From positions 20,968,169 through 21,032,168 of the forward strand of contig OZ316891.1 of NCBI GenBank assembly GCA_973895155.1: a stretch of 64,000 nucleotides of DNA, written 5' to 3'. Position 1 is the stretch's first letter. Every line of letters begins with the position of its first letter. The translations under genes were made by a program, and so were the position numbers. Under the pieces are notes generated by a model. It was given only the letters and a program-made list of their open reading frames with translations. It ran no database searches and was not told the origin of the DNA. Below, in pieces: positions 24,632 through 37,400 of this stretch. The stretch comes from Marsupella aquatica. Taxonomy: Eukaryota > Plantae > Marchantiophyta.

Positions 24632-27307
24632 TCTTTAATGACCATGCTTGTAAATACTAATGCCCTGTTTCCGTAGCATTGTGGGCCATATTGCCACCTA
24701 AAAGAGGGTTTTAGCCCAGGCAAGTTTTTGAGTGACTATCATTGCCCATACTACCCTTGGAACAAGGAGTTGACACTTCTTAATTTTGGAAACACTGTTC
24801 CCTCCACCTGTTTGCGGTTGATTTCTTTCCCAACATAGTGCCCAAAAGTTTAATATAACATTGTATCAAGTGAAGCCTTTAGTTTTATATCTTTATTTCT
24901 TTGTATCGTAGCATCAATCCTACACATCTTATAGAGTGAAGCTTTTCTATTTTCTCCCCAACAGAGTGCCCATGAATGTCATCTTCCTTTGCACTGTAGA
25001 TCATTTCTACAGATCTTATCAATTTCATCTTCCTATTTTTGGCATCATTTTCACACATCGTAGAGTGAAACATTTTATTTCTTTCCCAAATGGTGCGCAT
25101 GACTCGAATTTTGTTGCCAAACCACACAAAAAGTACCCTATTTGGGTCCTATGTGGGTTGGGTGTCACCCAACAACGCGATTCGAGAAATACAGTAGGAG
25201 CTGCCTTCGACTACGGTAGCGAGACAGAGGAGACTTTGAGGGTAAGGCTCTGTGCTCCTCGTGTGTTTGCTGTTCACAATGCTGGTCGGAGCTTGCTATC
25301 TTCACTGCCCGGTGCCAACTTTGTGTGCTCGCAATCTGGGAGTTTTTTCTACTTTGGAGGGCTTTCGAGGACTGAGGGGGTGACATTCCTCGACTCAGTA
25401 CTTCGTGTCTTTGTGTAGCGTGTTTGTTTTTATTGGTGGCTCTATGTATTTGATTGTAAAGGTACAGCTTGTTTTGCGTAGCATTGTGGGTGTTGGACAT
25501 GGCGGCTCTGTGTATACAATGTCGGAGCTCCCTGGGCAAGGGTTGACACTGCCACTATGAAAGCATTTCTGCTGTGTGATTGCATTTTTTCTCCAGTGTT
25601 TGCTATTTTGACGTTGAGACATTGGATTGGACTATGGAGAAACCTCAGGGATCGAGAATAGCCTCAGACTTCAGTCCTGACTAATTCAGGGTGTTATCCT
25701 ACTCACTGCCTCAAGAACGGGAACCAGTGTTCAATGCCCTGTGAGCAACTTTACTCTTTTGAAGAAGTCCACTGTCACTATTGGCGTAGGATGTTCTCAA
25801 TCCCTTGAGATGAAGGTACACACGAGATCTTCTCTTTGCGAACCGAAGTTCGCTCGCACTCAAAACCAGATGAGAATGCTCGTTCATAAGGCGCTACCAT
25901 TACAGCAGGTCTTAAATTGAGAGATTGGATGGAGAGAGCACATTGATTAGATTGCGATGTGCTCATCTTTTGTGTTCTGTAGAGCTCATCTTGGAAACAT
26001 TTTCCGACTCCGTATACGTATTGCATAACTGTATTCATGTGTGAATTTTGAGAGATGGATTGCAATTGCCATGTTTTCTCCTGCTCGTTTTGTGATTAGA
26101 AGTATGTTTGATACTTTTGTGTTTTGTTTTCTGCTCGTTTTGTGAATAGAATCTTGGTTGATATGTCGTAGCGGCCTTGACATGGGAAAACTGAAGCGGC
26201 CATGAGATTGGAGAACTAATGGCAGTTGGGTGAGGACCAATGAAGGAGCAGCCTTTGGCAGTGGTGCGATTGGAGTATAGTAGTAGCTGGAGCAAAGGTT
26301 TCATTCAGAAGAGTCCATTCCTGTGTCAAAGGTGAAAATTCGTCACGTTGGTGGAGGGTTTAGACTACATCTGGCAGGCCATTTCTGTCAGTTGTTCTGG
26401 AAGTGAGACGGTAGAGAGGATGGTGCCATTTAAAGAGATAGTTTTAGATGCTGTAGTTCTCTTTGTTCACGGGAGTATAGTTCACTTCAGAGCTGGAAGT
26501 CAAGGTGCTTGCGCTATTGTTGATCTATTTTCTATAACTGCAATTCTTGGGCAAACTAAACCGTAGGTCTTAATGGTCCAATCTGTCGTTCTCCGAACCG
26601 AATCAGTTACCCTAAATCAGAACTTGTTATAAACCTTCACTGAATTGTCATATAGCGTGATCTTTTACATTGCAGAGAGCGGAGCACACCCTAGATGAGT
26701 TTTCTGGATTTTGACTTTGGTTATGAAGAGGAACGATGTCTGTAATTGTGAACAGGGCGTCAAGTAATCGGCCCTAATCGTTGTTCGCAGCTGACTATGG
26801 CGACCCAATACAACTCCGAAGACTTGGCGACTCTGCTCAAACCCTTCCATGACCGCGCCAAACTTGCAGTAAGTTTGTTATGTCTGAAACCCTCAATGAT
26901 TTAAGTTGATTCTTATAGACCTCGGAGGTTGTAGAGGTGCGTCTGGATTGAATCCTACCCAGCATTGTGCTAATTTCTTTGAGGACGAGAGTTTTTCCAT
27001 TACCTCTTGCTGTTGCTATTGGTTCCAATCGTGGTTTTGTGGAGGTGATTTGAAAAATTGTACTTGGCTTAGAATTAGAAACCCTCAAGGAATTCTCTCC
27101 TGATTAATTGCTTTAATTGGAAGACGGGTCTAGCAAGAAAATTGGGTGAAGAGTGGCTCGTGATTTCGAATTCAACTTGGTTTATAATTGTTGTAATTTA
27201 CAATACTGTTATTATTTTAATAAATATGTCACTAAAACACAATGCTCTGGAAATAGGGCATTTAGTATATACAAGAACAGCTTCTTCACCCTAAACCTAT
27301 TAAAACT

Positions 27308-29423
27308 GGGGCTGGTTTCCATGCAGAGTTCATGGAAAGCTAATTTTGACTTGCAGCTAGGGAAGAGCCGATTTCTTCTTGGGCAGGATTGGCAACTTTA
27401 TGTCTTGATGAGGACCCATCAAGTACAAGCAAAGTTTCGGATGGAGGGGAATTAAATAAGACCGTGCTTCTACACTGTGAAATCTTTCTTCATCATACTA
27501 AAATTCTCAGAATGAGCATTCTGAGCAGCTTTGATGTGAGATATCTCATCTGGCGAACCTGTTGACAAAGGAAATGATTCATATCATCAAATGACGAATC
27601 TTGAGAGAGCCATGGTTCTCTTTTAGCCATGGTTCTGCTGCAGCTACTGGGCTGTCTGTACGCAACATGGAGCACCTGACCCCAGCAGAGCTTCTCAGGT
27701 TTGTCCGCCTCACCTTCTTCTCCTAAGAATTTTGCTCCATTTCATTGAGAAACAGACTGATTCCTTTGTTTTTTCCACTTAGAGTTTTGGGTTTAGGGTT
27801 TAAGGATTGTTTGGTATGGATCGAATGGCCTTGGTCTGATAACTTGTCCCATGGCAGATTCTTAGAAGAAGAGGCCAACACACTTCAGTTGATGAACGCA
27901 AAGATCGCTGATCAGCTCCACTGCCTTCAGGTCTGTTTGTCACATGTCCTTTCCCGCTGAACTGAAAGTCCCCGGGCATAAACCTAAACCCTTGCACGAT
28001 CGTCCATCATGACAAGGAATTTAGCAGACGGTGACTCTATTGAGCGATCGTTGACAAGAGAATTGTGTCCAGACTTGTCCTGAATGAAAATGGCATTCTT
28101 ATCGTGAGTCAAACAAGGAAAGGCTGATTCATTGACCTCACTAAAGATGAAACCCAAACCCTGAACCCTGAATTTTACATGAAGTACGGTTGTGACTCGC
28201 TCCAGTGTGAATATGCTATTCTGCAGGTCGAAGAAGAGTTTTTCAGTCGGCAGCTGTCGGATTAGACAAAGCAAATGAAAGATCTTCTGTTGTCCTTTTT
28301 GGGTCTGGCCAGAGGAAACAGGTAACAACGCATATCTCGAATTTCTATTCCGATTCCGATAGAGGTGGAGAAGTGTTTTTGTTTTATTATAAGTTGCCAT
28401 AATGTAACCTTGGGTTGGTGCAGGGTGTTAGTGTGGATACGGACGATGAAGACAATTTTCAAAACAAGATAGTGAGTGAGGGATTTGAACCTCATTCCAC
28501 TGCACCCGATGGATCTACTGACCAAGCACTAAACTCAAAACCAAAGCTTCAAGAGAGTCCCAAAACACGGAATAGTTCAGGTACAGGTGGACAGGTGAGC
28601 CGCTGTCACTAATTTTCAACTTTGTTCAAATTTTAGCTACCTGCGTTGTCTCCATTCATACTGAAGACCGTGTGAATCTCTGTAACTTCCATGTAGAGTT
28701 ACTGGATAGATGGCCAACCTTGTAGAGAACAATCCTTAGACGATTGCCCATGAAGTCTATACCGTAGCTGAAAGAAGATTACTAAGAAAAGAGTTGGTTA
28801 GAGTGTCTGTTATTCGATGGGAAGCTGTACTGATACTTAAGAATATTTAAATTCCTTCAGATATGCTCAATTTTTTTCTCATGCAGTTCCACAATGTAGT
28901 CGTGACCTGCCTTTGTTGAAACAGTTCCCATTGGCAGCAAAAGACTATTGTGGGAGCCGAAGTAGTTTTTTGTCCAATTCCAGTAAATTTTACCCATTAA
29001 TGCCGTATCTGTAAGGCTGACCTCCTTTTGTGGGATACTTTCTGAGGATGTTTTGTACATTGAATATAGGATCCGAGTGACCACGACATGGCGGAGGATT
29101 TGCAAGGTCAGCAACAAGAACAGGAAGTTCTAAACCTGAAAGAACCGTCACCGCCTCACCGTACCTTTGGGAGGAGGCCATCTCGACGACCAGCCAGGCT
29201 TCAGGACTAGCGACAAGCAGTGAATTGAACGCAAGATCTGACGAAGGTTGTGGACTCTGAACTGTAACCGGTCGGTATTGAAACTTCAACTGAATGATGG
29301 GAGGTGTCCATGGGAATGGTGCTTAAGGTGATCTGAAGTGAAAGTTGCTCGGCCAGGTGCTCGCATCCAGGAAGCTTTGAGATTTGAGGATTCTAGGTCG
29401 AAGACCCTCCCATGCTCACAAAC
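27308..29423 (+). pseudogene. Uncut second copy of a duplicated segment carrying exons of an unknown spliced coiled-coil/low-complexity gene (gene X)
   Basis: Phase-0 exons with canonical sites: ...NAKIADQLHCLQ|GT (ends 27930), AG|VEEEFFSRQLSD...|GTAAC (28227-28321, 1-nt deletion in this copy), AG|GVSVDTDDEDNFQ...GTGGQ|GTGAGC (28424-28594). Product not recognised. Confidence 0.5.
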
Positions 29424-32337
29424 AAGATAGGATAAGGTCTAGGGAGGCCAAACATATATAGAAGCATAACTGTGAGCTAGAACATACATGAATAGCAGTG
29501 GTCAAATAGATACAAATGATCATTATGTTGAAAGTATTCATTGAAGCCCTTTCTTTGGGATAACCCGGTTGACTTGTGCCCCCAGGACATTTTTTATTGT
29601 TTCGTAACGGAAATTAAAACTAAGATTGAATCATTAATTAATAGAGTCCCCTCCGTTTAGGAACGAGTCACCTTGACCTCAGTGTGAAATCACCGACAAG
29701 TTGCGTTACAGAGTCATTCATGATACAGACGATCCTGCCCTAGTCGAGACAATCGAGACCTGAAGTGCTGCCACCCAAGGCAACTATGGACTCGACCCCA
29801 TTTCTCCCCCACTTAATTTTTGCGTTTTCCCTAGTTGGGGCAGACAGTTGACAGTACCGTACTCCCTTTGGACCCAAATTCATAGAACGGCGAGCTGGTA
29901 TCACGCATACAGTTTACGGAAACCTTTTCAATGACTATTAGCTGCCCCGGTACGTAGTGTCCCGTGGTAATGCGGAGGAATCACAATTGGTTGCACTAAA
30001 GGAGAGCAAGGAGTTGGACCTCAAAATCAGCAATATATTTGTAAGTGGGGTAGGGTAGCCATGGTAAGATATTCAGTTTTGGGCGAAGCTGGGTAGTGAC
30101 ATGTGCGTTAACTCAGCAATATACAGTCCGGGCCTCAGTCTCCAAATGAAATGACTCTGGCTCTCCCCTAGACGTACTATATATGATTGACACGAGCAGT
30201 ATGCACGTGAGTTGAGGGCCGGCCCATAGGGAGTCGGGCCAGGGCATTTATGGGATAGTGTCGGTCAACGCAATTGGGTTGTGTTTATTGTTGCCTTATT
30301 TGCGATTCTGGGGTGCAGTGAGAAAGCAGTCGTTATCTGCATCGTCTTGTGGGTGTTTCTTGGCCAGTTAGTCTTTCTCTGTGGGACTTTCACCACGTCA
30401 TTGAAATTTGTTTGGCTGGGAGCCACCTGAGATCCTCCTTCTGAGTAAAGTTCTACTAAAGGTTTTTGAGAATGAACAAGTTGGTTTATGAGGTAATGTA
30501 CAAACTACGAGTTGGTTTATCAGGTAATCTACAGTACAGACTGAAATCTCTACCTGAGGAATTTGTGTCCACTGTTCCTTTTTATGAGAGTAGCACTGTA
30601 GAGCTGGAAACTCCATTGCTTTATGGGTTGAAATGTGGAATGGATTTCAAGATTTTGGGTTTTTGAGGTTGGGATATTCTGAGGGATATGGCTACCTCGA
30701 TATGCTCTGACCTGTCTCGAATCTTTCTTTTGTGAGTTCCATTAGTATCCAGATCCAATACAGAACTGCGTATGATCAATAACTCGTGTTCGTTGTGGTC
30801 AGTTGTCTCAGGTGAATGCCGATCCCTTGATGGACCACACAGGGCAAATTCCAGGGGGCCTCAAGTTCCAAGGGGATTCTCGTGACAAGGTTACTATAAT
30901 TAAATATACATAGTGGGATACAGGTTAGAGGGTAAATACTGACTATCGCGTATGGCAAATGTTAGCTCTCAAGGTGCTAATGAAGTGGATAACAAGCTGA
31001 ATGGAGGTGGATGTCTCTTACGATTCGAGCTCACGAAATTTTTAAATTATCTATTTTGCAGAAGTTTCACACGAACAGAATTTCCCTTTGGATAGTTACT
31101 CCAACAGGATGAAGAATTTTAGATGCTTCAAGTTGGAAAGTTGACTGGAAAGCCTCCATTGACATTTTCTGTAAAACTTGCGCTATTTGTAGCTGGCTGT
31201 TCGGCTCCGGTCTTTTTCCCTTGTCAAACAGGCCAAACAATCTTAATATGGACTGGTCTCCACCTCCATGGGCTTTTCTTGCACTTTTGGCTGCCAACTC
31301 AAAGGCAAGAGGACAAGAGAGATTAGGGCATGGTGCCCAGGCACTTCAGCTCCATGAAATCAATGCATGAGGGGAAGACCCAGCTAGCGACACCCTGATA
31401 TGAAAATTGTTCTAACAGTCTGAACTTAGTGCACTCATTTTCCGGTGTAAATGCTCGTTTTTTGCAATGAAAACAGAATGGCAACCGCTTCACTAATGGA
31501 GACATTACATTGGAGTATGCAATACTGTTGAGAACCTGATGAATTGGACGACTCAGGTTTGAACACAGGACCCTCCCAGGAGGGTTAAAAGCATACTTAA
31601 AGCAGGCTCCCAAAGTGGCAAACCAGGGCTGAAAAGATGACCTGCACTCCCCCGCTCTACACAACTCATCCCCTCCATGCATTAGTCTCTGCACCCTTGT
31701 ATGTAATGTGCATTGGCTCATTTCCTGACCCACCACTCAAAACGAGTGAAACGGTTCAAAACCAGTTGGTTTGGAGGACATGACAAGCTACAAATGTGAT
31801 GGAAGAAATTGCTCGAAAGTTTATAGTTCTTTGTCTGTGAGGTGTATTTCCAGTGCTAGCAATGCTCAGATAGACAGTGCACTTTGCATTTGTAAGTGAA
31901 GAAATAATAATACTATGTGGTACAAAAATCATCAAATGTCAACCCTATGTTAGCACCTAAGGGAAAGCAAGGGATCTATGTCCCTCTCTTTAAACACCAA
32001 GCAGGGAAGAAAAACTCATCTTGTCCCTTACGCTAACTTACAGCCTTAATCTGAGAATAACATCTCTAATCTAGGGACTCCTACTACTTTAATTAGCTGC
32101 TGGATGCTGATAGGGCTTTAATTTAGTGATGCAAAGCATCGATTAGGAGCATAGAAACTTCCCATCAGCATCCAGCAGCAAATTCAGAATCTTAAATACT
32201 TCAATATGAGACAAATTGCTCTATTTTCCTTTGTGTGCATTTCTGGTGCAGTTTCCCTCAATTATGGTCCTTCCCCTAGCTTTAGTTCCTTTCTTCTTGC
32301 CCTATATGTCCACAGAGACAACTATAATATGTTTCGA

Positions 32338-32766
32338 CGAGCCCTATGCCAGTGCGTTGCACTGTGCAAGGAGGGCCGGTCCCATAGGGAGAATTCAATC
32401 AATCGCATGTTATGGGGGGGCGAGCAAGGCAGGAGGGCGCGAAGCCCTATGGAGGGGGGCGAGCGAGGCTGGAGGGCACGAAGCCCTATGGAGGGGGGCG
32501 AGCGAGGCTCGTGCCTCCTTCATTCGCCACGGACGGGGGAGCAGGGGTGTCGGGGCCAGGAGGGGCGCGAAGCCCTATGGAGGGGGCTGCGCATGCCTGA
32601 GTGCCTCATTCAATCTGGTGCATGCCTCGTTTCACAATCGGACGGCTACGAAAAATGAGATGCTTGTATCTGACGGTTAAGACTGATTCCCGCTGAAATT
32701 TGAATTCGTAACGGGATGACGGACGAAAGTGGCCAAATAGGCGGGATTGTGTATTATAGTGTTAGA
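32338..32766 (-). mobile_element. Non-autonomous Helitron (~430 bp) with an internal GC-rich ~40-bp minisatellite
   Basis: Minus strand begins A|TCTAACACTATAAT (32766) and ends with hairpin CAGTGCAACGCACTG followed by GCATAGGGCTCG|T: AT target, no TSD. GGGC(G/A)CGAAGCCCTATGGAGGGGG occurs 3 times in 32410-32590. Confidence 0.65.
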
Positions 32767-33491
32767 TAGGTAACTGACGAAACCTATTTTCTACTCGTGT
32801 CATTCTTCGTTTATTTCTGTTTTCTGTAATAATCCAAGTCAAAAACTTTATTGATCAGTAAACAAGGGCTTATTCACCCTACTTTCCAAAGATTGTAAAC
32901 ATATTGTCTCCTCTAATTATTGTTATACGTAAGTATGATAATAGTAACATAAAATAGTATTTGCACTCAATCAATGTAGATACAAAACAAAGTACAATCT
33001 TCACAATTTGAGAGAGGTCATTACAGTTGCTACCTACCTAGAAGATATTGCGGTTCTTACAAACCTCTTTATGACATAAATGTGTTTGTTGGTCAGTTAG
33101 ACTAGCTCACGCATGATTACAATTGAGAAACAAGCCATCATTCAGAGTCAATAGATTTTAGACAACATGGGGAATCCGGGTCTAGATTTTTCCAAATATA
33201 CAGTTCAACTTAGAGCTTTGAGACAACTTAGAAATTGAGGTCTAGATTATTTCAAATTACATTTCAAACTATAACTTTTGAAATTTTAGATAGTACGGTT
33301 TGCATACCTACCTATGTGGATTCAAGCAAACCACTTTTTCCGCTTGAATCAAGTAGAGTGGGATTTCAGGTCTTTCGATTACTTTAGAAATTGATGTCAT
33401 CCTAGCTTGAAGGAACTACTCTGTTTGTTCTCAATTTGTTTGGTTCCATGACTCTTTCAAGAACAAATACGAAGTATTGAGATGGTAGTTG

Positions 33492-33682
33492 GAAACTCAC
33501 TGAGACTTTATAGACACTGAAAATTGGGTGAGATCACTCCATATCAGATCTACAAAATTCCTTGGATTTTATAAATTTCCAAATTCAGAAACTCACTGAG
33601 ACTTTAAAGACACTGAAAATTGGGTGAGATCACTCAATATCAGATCTACAAAATTCCTTGGATTTTATACATTTCCAAATTC
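33492..33682. repeat. Tandem duplication of ~96 bp
   Basis: GAAACTCACTGAGACTTTA...TTTCCAAATTC occurs twice, nearly identical. Confidence 0.9.
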
Positions 33683-34009
33683 TGAATCACCGGAGTTAGT
33701 TTAATGAATTGGGGAATAGGAAGAGGGGCAGTTGCTTATTGGGTTCGCATTTCAACACTCCTGGTAAATGTGGGAAAGAGGGAGAACGAGTGCAACATAG
33801 AGCTTTGTAGGGATGAGTGTTCGACTAACTTTGAGGGTGGTCAGTTGGACAATTGTGAAATGTAGCTCAAGAATATCCAGCCCTTAATTCTTGTATCCCA
33901 CCAGACTTTAAGGATTAAATGGTAGATGGGGATCAAGGTGCACATCTGTGTATATATGAAGTTGCCTTTCACTGCAAGGATCAAAAATTTGAGAGGCAGA
34001 AAAAATGAA

Positions 34010-34379
34010 GGATGATTTAGTTGTGGCTCACTACCATTGTCAACAATAGACAATGGAAGGCCTTGTGTCAAATTCAATGTGAGGTTACCACATGTAGACC
34101 TTGTCAATCTTTTGTCACCTAACTTTCAGAATTTGAATGAGCCATAGCTGAGAAGTGTTTGGAGGGCAAGCTTTCACCCGTGAAGGTTAAAAGTTTGGCA
34201 AGCAGCGACGGTCAAGCTAGGATGATTTTGTTGTGGCTCACTTCTGTTCTCAACAATGAACAAGGGAAGGCCCTGTGTCAAATTCAATGTGAGGTTATCA
34301 CAGGCAGACCTTGCCAATCTTTTGTCACCTTTCAATATTTGAATGGGCCTTAGCTGAAGAGTATTTGGAGGACAAGCTT
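34010..34379. repeat. Diverged duplication (~160 bp, ~210-bp period) immediately upstream of the IFT80 start codon
   Basis: GGATGATTT.GTTGTGGCTCACT...TGTGTCAAATTCAATGTGAGGTTA...CAAGCTT at 34010-34173 and 34220-34379. Confidence 0.8.
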
Positions 34380-34406
34380 GAAGAGTGTCTCCCCACCTAC
34401 AGCAAA

Positions 34407-37400
34407 ATGAGGCTCTCTCTTCTGCCCATGGATTGCTCTCCACGTATCCCCTTGTTTGATTCATATTATCAATTCATTACATTTTGTTGTTGCAAAATTT
34501 GTGGGTGCCATTAAAAGGTTTTGAACAAAAATTGTCATCAAAAGCAATTAAATTGACTATTGAAATTAGTTGGATTGGTTGATTGAAGTTTGTTATTGAT
34601 CTATTTTTGTATCATGCCCACCTAAGGCTCTCCCTCTAAACAAACAACTGCCACTTTGGAGCTTGCCAATTTTTGAAGTTGCTCTCCTTGACAGACCTTA
34701 ATGACTCTAGACACAGATCTTGTGGCAGCCGTCGGATGGAACCTCTCTAATGAACTTTACAGCTGCAGTGATGACCACACAATCTGGAATTGGAGCAGAA
34801 ATGGCAAACATCTCAGCAAAGTAACTAAGTTATCCCGGTGCATTCCCACTCTACTTTTTGGTCCTGTTGATGGCAGACAAGGTTTAGTCTTCCCCATAAT
34901 GTTGAAGATTTAAACACTATACATGATCTCCTAATTATGAACCTCATCTCATGTGGCTAATTCTTATGCTTTTGATTTGGCTGGTGTATGGATCTTACAA
35001 ATGGTCAAGCTCACTTGAAGAATGTGACACCAATGTTATCCTCTTTCTTGAGTGTGCCCAGATATGTACATTGGCGACATGTTTTACAGACATACACTGG
35101 TGCCCGTCCATGTCCCAGCATCAGCGTAGCGGCTATGGGTCTGATGTCTTTGTTGTGGCGTGCACTGATGGTATGTTGCCATTTCTCATTAGCCACAAAA
35201 GTCTCGTTTATCACTGTTGTTTAATTGATAGTTGATATGAAGCATTTTCCTGGAAGGGAACTGAGTCAGTCATTAATAAGAATCTGTGCATTGTTGATGG
35301 CTCTGGGATAACCACAACCCCGGCATGCTTCCTCTATCTTACATCCTTTAGACTCAAAAGCAAGCACGACAATATTTGGGCATCTAGAGGTCATGCATGA
35401 AGTCCAGGACAGAAATTGAAATGGACACTATGATGTTGCAGGTTCTTTTCACATCATCACTAGAGGTGGGAGGGAGGAGAAGCATGTGCAGGCTCATGAG
35501 GGGGCAGTCATATGTCTCCGTTGGAATTTTGAAGGTATGCTGAAATTTAGAGGACCTATGTTAGAACTGCATTGTGGAAGTGAATACAAAGGGACCCCTA
35601 GTAATGGAAATTGCTCTGACAACAATCTGCCAAGGAGATTTCAGTTTGGATTCACCTAGACATATAGCCTTACACTCTGGTAGGAAAACGTTTGGATCAG
35701 GAACTGCATTAGTGACAGGTGGAGAAGATGGAGTTGTCAAAGTCTGGTCAAGGAGTGGAATGCACAGGTCAACTCTTGCTCAAACTGGTAAGCTGGAAGT
35801 CTTGTCCATTTTTGGTTAATCATGAATAGAAAGTTGTTTTTGGAATGTTCAGGGACTTAACCATCACAGACATGGCAAAGTGCTCACAGCAGAACTCAAC
35901 TACTCAGCAACACTAAACTCATAAAAACACAAGAATGCACATCATATTGTAAACACTTAATTAGGGTGGGCTAGATGTGCCAAATTCCCTAAGTTTTGAA
36001 CTTTGCCACTTTATTGCAGAATTTCCAATTTATGCTGTAGCTTGGGGGCCAGATTCAGATCAGGTGTTGTTCACCCATGGTAGCAGTCTTGTTATCAAGA
36101 ATATCCAGGTGCCATTTTCACTGGTGGTGAACCACTTTAGTGCTCAGTTTATTTCCTAAGAGCAAAAGAAAACAAAAATGCCCTGCTGAGTCTGAGAATT
36201 GATTCTTGGAAAATCTTGATGACAATTGTTGTGCTGTATCCAGTCGGGGTTAAAGGAAATGCAGTGGGAGAGCCATGAGGGATTGGTTCTGGCAGTGGAT
36301 TGGAGTCCGGTTAGCAACTTTATTGTATCAGCTGGAGAAGATTGTCGCTATAAGGTAGGCTCTTGTTGATCTGTTCATGCTCGACCATTTGATGTAGAAA
36401 GCTGGTATCTTAATTAAACTTTTGCCATTTATTTGAATATGAGCAATGTCACATTCATACAAACTTCACGCATGTCTAACATGGATGCAGATTCTTGTCA
36501 AGTGACATGATAACATAGTGAAGCACGCAAACATATCATTGTTTAGTTCTTTGTAGTAGTTGCATACTCCATCTGCACACTACTCACTGATGCCTGCTCT
36601 ATCTGATAGGAACATGTCAGGTTTGGGATTGCTATGGCAGGTTGTTGTATAAAAGTTTCAAACTAGATAACTCCATCATGTCGGCTGCTTGGAGTCCTTC
36701 GGGAGAGTTTTTTGCAGTTGGCTCATTTTGCACCATACTGCTCTGTGATAAGTCTGGGGTAAGGCTATCCATCCCAAGAAGTAAAATTAGACATCCTGCC
36801 ATCAAAGTTCTCGTGGCCATATGTGCTAGATCTTGACTAGTCTAATCATCAGGTTGGTGAAAGGGTGATCTTGTCCACAGGTAGCAATCCCAATTATGGG
36901 AAACTGTTGATCAATGGTGGTGTCGGTAGTCTCAGGGAATTCACTTAAGCACTAAAAATTAAGGTGTAAATTAAGTGCATACATCAAATTATTAAATGAC
37001 CCATAAATATATTTTGGTACAATTATTACAATCTGTAGACCAATCAGATATTGACATGTGGTGCTCAAAATATCTGATTCATTCCTATATTTTTAGAATA
37101 AGAACTTCTCCTACCAATGTTTGGGGGATATCTTAGTACTCACATGGTTTTGTGATATCCATGAGTGACCCCCCAAGTCCTTGAAATGCATCCCTTGCAA
37201 CATGTTGTTTTTCAGTGGATTCAAGCTAAAGAAAGGCCCAGCTGTGGTATACTTCTACGTCTTGCTTGGAGTAGCGATGGAACTCAAGTTGCTGGGGCTG
37301 CAACGACCGGAACTGTCATATTTGGTCAAGTAGTTGACAGGTAGATGGGGTGGTCACTATGTTTGTATGGACAAGAAACTGAAAATTACCATCATTCAGG

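Noticed and set aside
30380-31900. Possible pseudogene (protein-like fragments on + strand)
   Set aside because: No family recognised and no consistent frame or splice structure.
32206-32680. 150-154 aa ORFs
   Set aside because: Open frames produced by the GC-rich minisatellite of the Helitron.
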